A DNA stretch of 64,000 nt, from contig CAVNZM010000015.1 in the NCBI GenBank assembly GCA_963693365.1, positions 2,418,001-2,482,000 of the forward strand, read 5' to 3'. The DNA is from Amoebidium appalachense (taxonomy: Eukaryota; Protista; Ichthyosporea). How positions within the stretch are numbered: the first letter of the stretch is position 1; the number at the start of each line of letters is the position of its first letter. This document shows positions 1 through 12,073 of the stretch, one piece after another. The notes beneath the pieces were generated by a model that did not search any database, was not told the origin of the DNA, and worked only from the letters and a program-made list of their open reading frames with translations. The translations under genes and the position numbers were made by a program.

Positions 1-1785
1 ACTTGCCAAAATAGAGGCAATCCTCAGGCCCCAGCAACAGATCGGCAAAATCGGCAGGGTTGGGCAGGTGCACCTTGAGGGCAGGATGATCACGGGCAAA
101 GAACAGGTTGCCACGGCGGCCGTCAAAAATGACGCGGGCTCTGGTGTCTTTGGGGACCCCAAACAGCCCATTGATGGCCAGTGGTTTTTCCTCCGCCTCG
201 AAATAGTGCACCATGCCGCAGTCTTGAAACCGAAGAAGCAGGGGACCGTATTCCCCACTGGGAACGTGATGCGCCGGTCGGATGCGGCGCAGCTCTGCAG
301 GCGTCGGCGGAACAGGCTTGAGAAGGCCGCCGTCGCAGTTGGCCAAAAACGGCTGCAGTGTAGGAGACAAAAACTGCAACACGTCCACTGTGGCTCCAAC
401 CCCAGGGGGTGGCAAAGCGGCATTTGCCGCGGTGAGAGGTAGCCATCCTGTCAATACAGGGTAGGCCGCGGGGAACGCAGCCAAGACACTACTCGCAGGC
501 TGAGCGTCGTAGACACCCGCGCGTATAGCATCGTAGCTGGCCCTAAGGACAAAGGTCCACAGGGCATGGTGGTGACTGTTCACCAACCGGGTCGGGAATG
601 GGCAAGGGCGGCCTGCCCACAGCTCGTTGAGGGCACCAAGACAACGGTTAGAACCCCCTTCAGGCGGTGAGACAGAGGTTGCCGGCGGCGTTGACTCCGT
701 AGACTGTCTTGTCCAGAACGGTCCGGCACAGGAATGGCCGGAACAGGAAACAAATCAGAGGCGGCAAAGACATAACGTGGCATAGCTGTGGAATCCTGAG
801 AAAATTAGGGGGCATATTGAATCAAGGGCACGTGGCAGGAAACCACAAGAAAATAATATACAGAACCGCGTGCCGAACCCCCAAAGGGCCGTTTAGGCCC
901 TGTGCCCACCGGTCCGTGGAGGGGTCGATGGACCGGCCCCGGATGGGGCGCTGTCGGGATCGCGCCGAGCCCGGGTGACTTCGGCGAGGGTCTTGGCTTG
1001 ACGAACAGCCCGGGTGGCCAAGGCAGGGGGCAGGGGCAGGCTGCGCGCAGGGAGCTCCTCAAACTGCTCTGCAACAGCCCAGCCCCCGTTGGACTGATCA
1101 GCAGTCTGCACATCCAGCAGACGGCGCACACCAACTTCCACAGCAGGTGACTCCTTGCGGGCCCTAGGGTCGGCGGCCAGCAGCAGATCCAGCATACGGG
1201 CAAGCGTCAGAGCCTCCCGTTTGTTGCGGTAGCTGACCCAATCCGCCGCGTGGACAGCCGCAGTGACCGAGGCCTGGTCAGCCAAGGTGCTCTTGAGGTA
1301 GGAAGGGGCCAGACGTTCTTTGACGCGCAGGTTGACTTTGGCGGCGCTGGAGAGCAGGTAACGGCTGGGGTTGGGTTTGGAACGGCCAGAGGAACGACGG
1401 CTGCGAGAGGAATGACCGTAGCCACTGCTGCTGGAAGAAGAATCCTCAGTCGACGATGGGGTGTCTTCACTGCCGGTGTCGTACGCATAGACTGGCTCCT
1501 TGCTCTTTTCCCGCGCAGACAGCGTGCTCAGCAGGCCGCCGGCAGAGGGCTTCTTGGGGCGACCAGACTGGGCAACAGAGAGGGCTTGCACTTGGGCAGA
1601 AAGCGCCTGCAGCTGCTCTTGGACGTCTACACCGTCAGAACGCCGCTGGGGAGAGGGCGACCCAGGTGGGGGGGAGGCACGGCCGCTGCGAGGAGTGCAA
1701 CAGAGCAAGTGCAGCTGGTCGGTGACTTTACAACCGACCATCTCAGGGTCATCAAAAGCCACCGAGCGCGCCTTGAGGGCTGAAA
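1..1785 (-). mobile_element. Truncated copy of the Ngaro/PAT-like YR retrotransposon (3' part of gag + 5' part of RT; continues off the window edge)
   Basis: Near-identical reverse complement of ~20455-22245 of the full copy; gag ORF 893..1762; small deletion at ~650 frameshifts RT. Confidence 0.93.
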
Positions 1786-3779
1786 CGGGGGATGAGGGAA
1801 GGTATTCTTCGGGGAGGAGGGGGAGAGGGGGATGGTGGTAATGAGGAGAGGGGAGGAGGGGGGGGGGGGAGGGGAGGGAGGAGGATGGTGGTGGTAGTGG
1901 TGGTGGGGGGGTGGGGGGGGGGATAAAACAACGTTTCTGGGGACAGGGTTTTTAGGGTGGGAGGTCGAGGTTTCTTTTCTTCAGGGGAGGGGGGGGGGGA
2001 AGAGGTAGGGGGGTGGAGGGACCAGGAAAGTCTTGAAAACGAAGGTCACTGACTCAAAGTTCCTGCACGCGATGACTGTATTCTGTGATATCGTTAACCC
2101 TCAATTTCAGAGCCCGTAGCTACTCTGGAACGCCTTTTCTAAACCCTAAACTAATAAAAGAAAAAACAACCAGCTTATGCCAACTGATCATGGTGCTTGC
2201 TTCGTTACATGAGCTTGGTGATCTCGATAGGCTGATAGGTTGGAACCACGTAGAGAGATGATGGCAAAGCTCTAACAGAAAACGCGTCTTTTATGCGCTG
2301 TATAAAATAGATGCTAGCCTATATTTCTCGTGTATTAACAAAGGCTTCGTCCTTGGGAAACCTAGCCTACGGTAGCGCAGCGACACAGCGGGAGAAAAAA
2401 AAAAAGGAAAAAGCAAAGGCAAGTGAAAATGTACAAGCGACAGCGATTATCTGATTGCAGTAGCGCTCAGCAATATTCTGTCACGTGACTTTTCGCAGAC
2501 GTCAATACACCGACTACTTTCATAGATCAGATGTAAGTAGCTGCCTGGTGAGTGTGTGGTTTGTGTTCGCTGCATTCTTCTGTTACTTTGTAAGAAGAAT
2601 ATTACTTTGAGCAGAGGTACCCAACAAGACAGGTTGCGAGGTTGTCGCCCGCCTGTGCCCATTGGTCTGGTTTGCACGTGCTAAATCGCTACAGTGTCAT
2701 AATATTGCATGGGAATAACATGGCCACCTCCGTACCTGGGCCAAGGTATACATGATGGTCTGATGTGTTAGTCAACGACACCTTGCATTCGTATTCGTCC
2801 TCAATCACACTATCTTCGCTAGTGGAGAGGAGGGGTTCATTATTCGAAAGGCTTCCAGCCAAAATACTGACACTGTATGCTGGTGTTGTGAGGGAACTGT
2901 GCCCATATCAAACTCTTTTGTTCTGGTGGGGGCCATACCCCGCGGCAGCTAGTGCAAGGCTTGACAGTGTGATTGATATGTTACAGTATTGCCACAGACG
3001 GGCAATCACCTTAAAATTCGTATTTCACACCTTTGTTGGACTTTCACGTGCACGAACAAAAGTTCTGCGTCAACTTTATTAAAAACATGCCTTCTGTGCA
3101 CTGAGAGTGCAAATTCGTTTGGGCATGGCACCAGTAAGGGTGATGTGTGAGGCATATGTATGTATGTTTAGGCATGCAGGCATACATTCGTGCGCATGTT
3201 GTGTACTCTGCACGCTAAACTATGGGGCATGCTGTATTCAACAACAGCAAGCGATTCGAAGAATGCATGCAACACTACTTTCATAGCACCTACATGCTAT
3301 AGCAACAGCGACTATCTTCTTCTTCACCTGCGTTCGTGCTGAGAGTGGTGGTGCGTGTGAGTTGCGAGTGTGGATTTGCACGCGGTAGCATGGACACACT
3401 CTCTCTTATGACTCTCGCACTGAATGCCTTCCAAGACTACCGGATCGTGTGCAATGTGGGGCCCATCACACAACCCAGCGTAAATTCAATCACTGCCGTG
3501 CGCGACCAGGACACACTTTGCAGGAGCATTGGACAGCACCGGAGACAGAGTAACAGGACTACGTGTGCGAGATATGCAGGTGATAGTGGTAGCGAAAATT
3601 TGGTGATGTACGTATGCTGGTATACAATTTGCAGTTTAGGTTTTTATTGGTGAAAGTATGTAGAGGAATGTGTTCCTGCATATGTAGACGTTTTGATTGG
3701 ATTATAGTCATGAGGCAATCCCGCCCGCAATATTTTGCATGCCGATGCTTTGGTTTAGAGCCTTTTGGGCTGCGTGCGT

Positions 3780-5030
3780 CTCAGTCGCTGTGCTCATTAG
3801 CATGGTGTAGGTAGGCCTCCTTAGGCTGCCTGTTTCGGTGTAAGTAGGTAGGCCTTTTTAGGTTACTGCATGTAGTCAAGTTTTTGCAATACAGTGGCCG
3901 CGCCTGTATAGCCCCCTTCGTTGAATGGCCGTGTTCCCATGTGTGCCCTTTTTGGCCTACAGTGGTGCGTTCCCACCCACTAGTTTTCCCAGTCTTTGGT
4001 TCCCTTTTTGTGTCGCGCCAGCCCCGCCTCCAGCGTAGCCCTGCTGCCACCATGTCGTTCCTTCTCTGGCCGCGGTGCCTTGGTTTGCTGGCGCTCTTTC
4101 GTCCTCCTACCGCGGGTTGTTCCCCTCCCCGCTCATCCTCGCGCTCATCTTGTTTTGGCCCTGGCCCCCCGCAGGCCATGGGCCTTCCAGCTTAATTAGC
4201 TTGCTCTATGCCACGTCAGCCCTTTGCCGCCTCTGATCTTTTCCCCATCCCAACCATTCCTGTCCCTACTCGTCGTGCGTGACCCCGCAGCCGGTCCCCT
4301 TCCCAGCCAGTGCAGCCAGCAGCGTTGTCTCGCCGTGTTCTGCTGTCGCGCTGGCTAACCCCTGTATTGCTCCCTCATCGAGTTGTGGGCAGGTGGCCCT
4401 TTCCATTTTCCGTCTCGGTCGGTGAACAGTCACCACCAAGCCTTTTGGATCTTTGTCCTGAGGGCAAGCCAGGACGAAGGTCCAGCGGGTGTCTATGATG
4501 CTCAGCCAGCGAGCAGCCTCTTGGCCGCGCTCCTCTTGCCGTACCCTGTCCTTACAGGTTGTTTGCCCCTTACAGCTGCCAATGCCGCTCTTCCACCCCC
4601 TGGGGTACGGGCCACGGTCGACGTGATGCAGTGCGTGTCTCCTGTGCTGCATCCGTTTTTTATCTTTGCCCGCTGGTGGTCTTCTCAAGCCTTCCCGCGG
4701 AGCTCCGCCGCATTCGTCCGGCACATTCTGTTCCCAATGGAGAATATGGGCCTTTGCTTCAGCGCCTGCAGGAGTGTGGCATGGTGCACTACTTCGATGC
4801 CACGGACAAGCCTGGCCATCAACGCGCTTTTTAGTGTTCCCAAAGACACGCGAGCTTGTGTGATTTTTGACAGCCGTCGCGGCAATTTGTTCTTCGCTCC
4901 CGACCACCCGGGGCTTCAAGTGCATCTCCCCAACCCTGCAGATTTCGCTGATCTCCTGCTGGGCCCTGACAAGTGTCTTTTCTTTGGCAAGTCCGACATG
5001 GATAACCAGTTCCACCGTATGAGCGCACCG
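3780..5030 (+). mobile_element. Divergent sister-family YR retrotransposon remnant (leader + degenerate 5' RT, ATG at 4208)
   Basis: Translates as MPRQPFAASDLFP..., INALFSVPKDTRACVIFDSRRGNLFF, HLPNPADFADLL, FFGKSDMDNQFHR: clearly homologous to, but visibly diverged from, RT 21458..; frameshifted; leader TCAGTCGCTG matches the mini-element leader; left boundary uncertain. Confidence 0.82.
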
Positions 5031-5054
5031 CGCCGCCATGGCTTTGGATATATT

Positions 5055-6790
5055 TTCTTATGCCAACGTCAACTTTACCAGCCCCAGCAAGGGGATACAT
5101 GAGCCGGTGCCTGTGGATCAATCTCACAAGCAGGCACAGGTGTCCTCCACAGGAGCAATGAAAAGAATGACAAATGTCATACAGAAACAGGCTCCAAAAA
5201 TGTAGCCTAGTGCCTAAATAGGCAAGGATGTGATGGGTGGGCAAAAACTTAGCTAAACAATTGGGCTTAAAGAGACCTAAACGCGCTCAGTAGCGCCGCA
5301 ACTGACCTCCCTGGTGCCGCGCAATATTTAGTTTGTAAACAAGTTTTCTTTTGTTTTGGCCGCTTGTTTAAAATTTTGCTGCTTTGCTCTGATTTGAGTG
5401 TTATTTTCGTGTCAGTGAGCTGCTTATGCTCTCCCGTGCGGATCTTGTTTTGCCCGACGACCCCGTTCCCCAAGGCATGCCACCCGGTACAGGCGGCATC
5501 CGCCTGGCCGACACCAAGACCGGTCCACGGCGGCCGTCAAAAATGACGCGGGCTCTGGTGTCTTTGGGGACCCCAAACAGCCCATTGATGGCCAGTGGTT
5601 TTTCCTCCGCCTGGAAATAGTGCACCATGCCGCAGTCTTGAAGCCGAAGAAGCAAGGGACCGTATTCCCCACTGGGAACGTGATGCGCCGGTCGAATGCG
5701 GCGCAGCTCTGCAGGCGTCGGCGGAACAGGCTTGAGAAGGCCGCCGTCGCAGTTGGCCAAAAACGGCTGGCAGTGTAGGAGACAAAAACTGCAACACGTC
5801 CACTGTGGCTCCAACCCCAGGGGGTGGCAAAGCGGCATTTGCCGCCGTGAGAGGTAGCCATCCGGTCAATACAGGGTAGGCCGCGGGGAACGCAGCCAAG
5901 ACACACTACGCAGGCTGAGCGTCGTAGACACCCGCGCGTATAGCATCGTAGCTGGCCCTAAGGACAAAGGTCCACAGGGCATGGTGGTGACTGTTCACCA
6001 ACCGGGTCGGGAATGGGCAAGGGCGGCCTGCCCACAGCTCGTTGAGGGCACCAAGACAACGGTTAGCCAAGATAACCCCCTTCAGGCGGTGAGACAGACG
6101 TTGCCGACGGCGTTGACTCCGTAGACGGGCTTGTCCAGAACGGTCCGGCACAGGAATGGCCGGAACAGGAAACAAATCAGAGGCGGCAAAGACATGACGT
6201 GGCATAGCTGTGGAATCCTTAGAAAAATTAGGGGGCATATTGAATCAAGGGCACATGGCAGGAAACCACAAGAAAATATTATACAGAACCGCGTGCCGAA
6301 CCCCCAAAGGGCCGTTTAGGCCCTGTGCCCACCGGTCCCCGGAGGGGTCGATGGACCGGCTCCGGATGGGCCACTGCCGGGACCGCGCCGAGCCCGGGTG
6401 ACTTCGGCGAGGGTTTTGGCTTGACGAACAGCCCGGGTGGCCAAGGCAGGGGGCAGGGGCAGGCTGCGCGCAGGGAGCTCCTCAAACTGCTCTGCAACAG
6501 CCCAGTCCCCGTTGGACTGATCAGCAGTCTGCACAGCCAGCAGACGGCGCACACCAACTTCCACAGCAGGCGACTCCTTGCGGGCCTTATGGTCGGCGGC
6601 CAGCAGCAGATCCAGCATACGGGCAAGCGTCAGAGCCTCCCGTTTGTTGCGGTAGCTGACCCAATCCGCCGCGTGGACAGCCGCAGTGACCGAGGCCTGG
6701 TCAGCCAAGGTGCTCTTGAGGTAGGAAGGGGCCAGACGTTCTTTGACGCGCAGGTTGACTTTTGCGCCGCTGGAGAGCAGATAACGACTG
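5055..6790. mobile_element. Rearranged YR-retrotransposon pieces: B-spacer-A end (-, ~5055-5321), A start + YR fragment (+, ~5322-5526), RT-gag fragment (-, ~5527-6790)
   Basis: Each block matches a segment of the 19562-25182 element, with orientation switches at the junctions. Confidence 0.85.
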
Positions 6791-6976
6791 GGGGCCCCGC
6801 CCTGCGGCGCCTGGAGCGCCCGACGGTGGTTGTCTGCACCCCAGGGGGAGCATGGTGGACGCAGGGGAAAAGAAATGACAGTAATAAAACAGGAACTAGT
6901 ACACCTCATTTGTTCATGAACTCATCACATCTTTTTTCAAACATGTTCGAACATGGCGGACAAGAAAGGTAGGAAG

Positions 6977-8540
6977 AGGGAGTGGTGGAGCACACCTGTG
7001 CCTGCTTGTGAGATTGATCCACAGGCACCGGCTCATGTATCCCCTTGCTGGGGCTGGTAAAGACGACGTTGGCATAAGAATATTAAGTTTGTAAACGTGT
7101 TTTCTTTGCAGGAGAATTAGATAGCCCCGTTGGAGTGAAATTGTGTGTTGCGAGTGTGCTGTAAACTTCGTGGTAGTATAATGCTGTAGGCCATGGTGTG
7201 TTTGATGTGTGTGCAAAGTTTCAGGCTGCTAGCATTTTTATTTAGGGAGCTGTAGCTGTTTTTATGTTCTGTGGGATATGCCATATGGATATATTGATGA
7301 GTTTGAGTTATATCTAGTCCGAAATGGGCGGCAATCGATTTGGTCTTTATGATCTAGGGGTTTTAGCCACTTGTGAAAATTTTTCATTGGTTGATGTGCA
7401 GCAAATATTCCATTTTGGTAGATTTCATGGATTTGATAGGTTCTAAATCATTTCTTCATATTTCCATAGGCAAAAATGTGGGCCGCGCTCTATAATGAGC
7501 TCGCGCGGCCCCAGGGAGGTCAGTTGCGGCGCTACTGAGCGCGTTTAGGTCTCTTTAGGCCCAATTTTTTAGCTAAGTTTTTGCCCACCCACCACACCCT
7601 TTGCCTATTTAGGCACTAGGCTACGTTTTTTGAGCATGTTTCTGTATGACATTTGTCATTCTTTTCATTGCTCCTGTGGAGCACACCTGTGCCTGCTTGT
7701 GAGATTGATCCACAGGCACCGGCTCATGTATCCCCTTGCTGGGGCTGGTAAAGACGACGTTGGCATAAGAACGTGTTTTCTTTGCAGGAGAATTAGATAG
7801 CACCGTTGGAGTGAAATTGTGTGTTGCGAGTGTGCTATAAAATTCGTAGTAGTAGTATGTTGTAGGTCTTGGTCTGTTTGATGTGTGTGCAGTTTCAGGC
7901 TGCTAGCATGCTTATTTAGGGAGCAGTAGCTGTTTTTATGTTCTGTGGGATATGCCTTCTATCCATGGATATATTGATGATTGTGAGTTTATCTAGTCCG
8001 AAATGGGCGGCAATTGTTTGGTCTTTTTGCACAATCTAGGGGTTTTAGCCACTTGTGAAAACTTTTCATTGGTTGATGTGCAGCAAAAATTCCATTTTGG
8101 TAGATTTCATGGATTTGATAGGTTCTAAGTCATTTCTTCACCATAGGCAAAAATGTGGGCCGCGCTATATAATGAGCTTGCGCGGCCCCAGGGAGGTCAG
8201 TTGCGACGCTACTGAGCGCATTTAGGTCTCTTTATGCCCAATTTTTTAGCTAAGTTTTTTGCCCACTCACCACACCCTTGCCTATTTAGGCACTAGGCTA
8301 CGTTTTTTGAGCATGTTTCTGTATGACATTTGTCATTCTTGTCATTGCTCCTGTGGAGCACACCTGTGCCTGCTTGTGAGATTGATCCACAGGCACCGAC
8401 TCATGTATCCTCTTGCTGGGGCTGGTAAAGACGACATTGGCATAAGAAGTGGTCTTTGTGATCTAAAAGTTCCATTTTGGTAGATTTCATGGATTTGATA
8501 GGTTCTAAGTCATTTCTTCATATTTCCATAGGCAAAAATA
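6977..8540 (+). mobile_element. Stacked 3' termini of the YR retrotransposon: B-A-spacer-B, then A(5'-clipped)-spacer-B, then a partial A
   Basis: Three 96-bp B repeats (~6985, ~7676, ~8353) and two ~500-bp A repeats matching 24396-25182. Confidence 0.9.
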
Positions 8541-10623
8541 TGGCCAGTGGTTTTTCCTCCGCCTGGAAATAGTGCACCATGCCGCGGTCTTGAAGCCGAA
8601 GAAGCAGGTGACCGTATTCCGCACTGGGAACGTGATGTGATGCGCAGGTCGGTGTGGCGCAGCTCTGCAGGCGTCGCCGGAACAGGCTTGAGAAGGCCCA
8701 CGTCGCGGTTGGCCAAAAACGGCTGCAGTGTAGGAGACAAAAACTGCAACACGTCCACTGTGGCTCCAACCCCAGGGGGTGGCAAAGCGGCATTTGCCGC
8801 CGTGAGAGGTAGCCATCCTGTCAATACAGGGTAGGCCGCGGGGAACGCAGCCAAGACACTACTCGCAGGCTGAGCGTCGTAGACGACCGCGCGTATAGCA
8901 TCGTAGCTGGCCCTAAGGACAAAGGTCCACAGGGCATGGTGGTGACGGTTCACCAACCGGGTCAGGAATGGGCAAGGGCCGCCTGCCCACAGCTCGTTGA
9001 GGGCACCAAGACAACGGTTAGCCAAGGTAACCCCCTTCAGGCGGTTAGACAGACGTTGCCGACGGCGTTGACTCCGTAGACGGCCTTGCCCAGAACGGTC
9101 CGGCACAGGAATGGCCGGAACAGGAAACAGATCAGAGGCGGAAAAGACATGACGTGGCATAGCTGCGGAATCCTTAAAAAATAAGGGGCATATTTAATCA
9201 AGGGCATGTGGCAGGAAACCACAAGAAAATAATATACAGAACCGCGTAACGAACACCCATAGGGCCGTTTAGGCCCTGTGGCCACCGCCCCCCGGAGGGG
9301 TCTATGGACCGGCGCCGGATGGGCCACTCCCGGGACCGCGCCGAGCCCGGGTGACTTCGGCGAGGGTCTTGGCTTGACGAACAGCCCGGGTGGCCAAGGC
9401 AGGGGGCAGGGGCAGGCTGCGCGCAGGGAGCTCCTCAAACTGCTCTGCAACAGCCCAATCCCCGTTGGACTGATCAGCAGTCTGCACAGCCAGCAGACAG
9501 CGCACACCAACTTCCACAGCAGGCGACTCCTTGCGGGCCTTAGGGTCGGCAGCCAGCAGCAGATCCAGCATACGGGCAAGCGTCAGAGCCTCCCGTTTGT
9601 TGCGGTAGCTGACCCAATCCGCCGCGTGGACAGCCACAGTGACCGAGCCGCAGTGACCGAGGCCTGGTCAGCCAAGGTGCTCTTAAGGTAGGAAGGGGCC
9701 AGACGTTCTTTGACGCGCAGGTTGACTTTGGCGCCACTGGAGAGCAGATAACGGCTGGGGTTGGGTTTGGAATGGCCAGAGGAACGACGGCTGCGAGAGG
9801 AACGACCGTAGCCACTGCTGCTGGAAGAAGAATCCTTACTCGACGATGGGGTGTGTTCACTGCCTGTGTCAGACACATAGACAGGCTCCTTGCCCTTTGC
9901 CCCGCGCATACAGCGTGCTCAGCAGGCCGCCGGCAGAGGGCTTCTTGGGGCGACCAGACTGGGCAACAGAGAGGGCTTGCACTTGGGCAGAAAGCGCCTG
10001 CAGCTGCTCTTGGACGTCTACACCGTCAGAACGCCGCTGGGGAGAGGGCGACCCAGGTGGGGGGGAGGCACGGCCGCTGCGAGGAGTGCGACAGAGCAAG
10101 TGCAGCTGGTCGGTGACTTTCCAACCGACCATCTCAGGGTCATCAAAAGCCACCGAGCGCGCCTTGAGTGAAACCACACTGTTGACGGTTTCTGCCGGCA
10201 GGCTGTTCCAGGGGAGGGCGTTGGACTGCAAAACGGCCAGACTTTTGAGACTTGCGTCGTCCGCATCGGTAGAGATCTCCAAAACTTTTCGAGGAGAGCG
10301 GCCCCCTTGGCGACCAGAGCAGGAGGAGGGGCCATGGCAATGCTCACAAATTAGACTAGAGCACGGAAACTTGAAAACGAAGACTGGAAAATGCAAAAAA
10401 CGCGGGAAAAACGACACCTCAAAAAACGTCCGAGAACCAGCAAAACGCAACGGCGCGCACGCAAAACTCTTACCAGATGCTGTCTAAGCTAAGCGCGCGC
10501 TCCTGGGCAAAAAACACCAGAGAAATAACGAACAACAGCGCGAAAAACGGGGACTAGAGTTGCAGAACTTAGCTAAAAAATTGGGCCTAAAGAGACCTAA
10601 ACGCGCTCAGTAGCGCCGCAACT
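8541..10623 (-). mobile_element. Truncated YR retrotransposon copy: 3' end of A1, gag, 5' RT
   Basis: Reverse complement of ~20005-22075 with several frameshifting indels. Confidence 0.92.
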
Positions 10624-10733
10624 CACTGGTTTGTGTGTGTAGTCACTGTGTATGAACGAAAAACAGGTAATAACAACATACCGAACTGACTCAACATTCA
10701 GTCAGATGCATGGTGAGCTAACGAGTGACTACA

Positions 10734-10752
10734 TTGCCAAAGCAAGTGCACG

Positions 10753-10818
<66 letters not shown>

Positions 10819-10821
10819 ACA

Positions 10822-10856
<35 letters not shown>

Positions 10857-10902
10857 TATGCACATACACACCCACACACACACATACACACACACACACT
10901 GT

Positions 10903-10959
<57 letters not shown>

Positions 10960-10977
10960 GTGCACTTGCTTTGGCAA
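10734..10977. repeat. ~245-bp palindrome: 20-bp unique inverted ends enclosing (TG)n then (CA)n arms
   Basis: TTGCCAAAGCAAGTGCACGA at 10734 and its reverse complement ending at 10977; the internal interruption TCACAG/CTGTGA is mirrored too. Confidence 0.85.
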
Positions 10978-12073
10978 ACGCGCGAATGCATGTATGCGTG
11001 TGTGTGTGTGTGCTTGCTCATGCCGGTGTGTGTGTTTGTTTGTGTGTGCGGGCGGGAGGAGGGGGAGGATGGGGGCGGGGAGGGGGGGAGGGCAGATAAT
11101 CAAGTAGCCCTGTTTGTGTGTGCTTGGAAGTGATTGCGTTCCGCTACTGGTAGTGGGGGGAGGGGGGGGGGAGGGGGGGAGATTAGTATGCTAATATTGG
11201 ACGCGGGAAGGCCGTTGGGGGAGAGAGAGGGGGGACCCGGGGGGGGACAAGGGGAGGGCGGGAGAGGGAGAGGGAGAGAGGGGGGGGGGAAGCGAGAGAG
11301 AGAGAGGGAGAGAGAACTGCTGCAGTATTTAAGGGGAACACATTGCTGTGATTTTTGGAAATCCCAACATTCGATTGGATACCGGGTTATCCAATCGAAG
11401 AGCTTATATTGAATTGAATCTAAAATATATAGACCTTTTTGGATAGTCAAGATCCGGTATTACCATTAGCTGTAGGAATCACGATTTTGGCCGCGGAGAC
11501 CCACAGTTGTGATCTCGGGGCCGAAAAGTGCCTGTAAATTTTAGTAGCCTATCAAAAGTATATCATATATTGGATTGTGTCACACTGTGCCAACGGCAGC
11601 CACACACAGGCTTTCCCGCCAAAGTTTGGCGCGAAACAACAGAGCTCGGAGAGTAGGACGGCGCCCTGCCGGCCCCTCCCTGCGGCGCCTGGAGCACCCG
11701 ACGGTGGTTGTCTGCACCCCAGGGGGAGCATGGTGGACGCAGGGGAAAAGAAATGACAGTAATAAAACAGGAACTAGTACACCTCATTTGTTCATGAACT
11801 CATCACATCTTTTTTCAAACATGTTCGAACATGGCGGACAAGAAAGGTAGGAAGAGAGTACAAAAATGCTCAGATAATGCTACCAAGCTCACAAAAAAAC
11901 AGCTACTAAAACTGCTAGCAGAACGAGGTTAGCCCAAACAGTCAGGAAAGCACCCAAAGTGAGACCAGCGTTAATACTGGGGGTGGGGGGGTATCACCCC
12001 CTTCCCCCCCCCATAGTAGCCCCCATAGCCCTAGTGACGATTCAGACGCCGTCCCCCTCATAGTGATAGTCCG

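Noticed and set aside
2700-3080. Minus-strand peptide KVSLTNTSDHHVYLGPGTEVAML, reminiscent of the LTR-retrotransposon protease-RT linker
   Set aside because: Too short and degenerate; no protease, RT or LTR found nearby.
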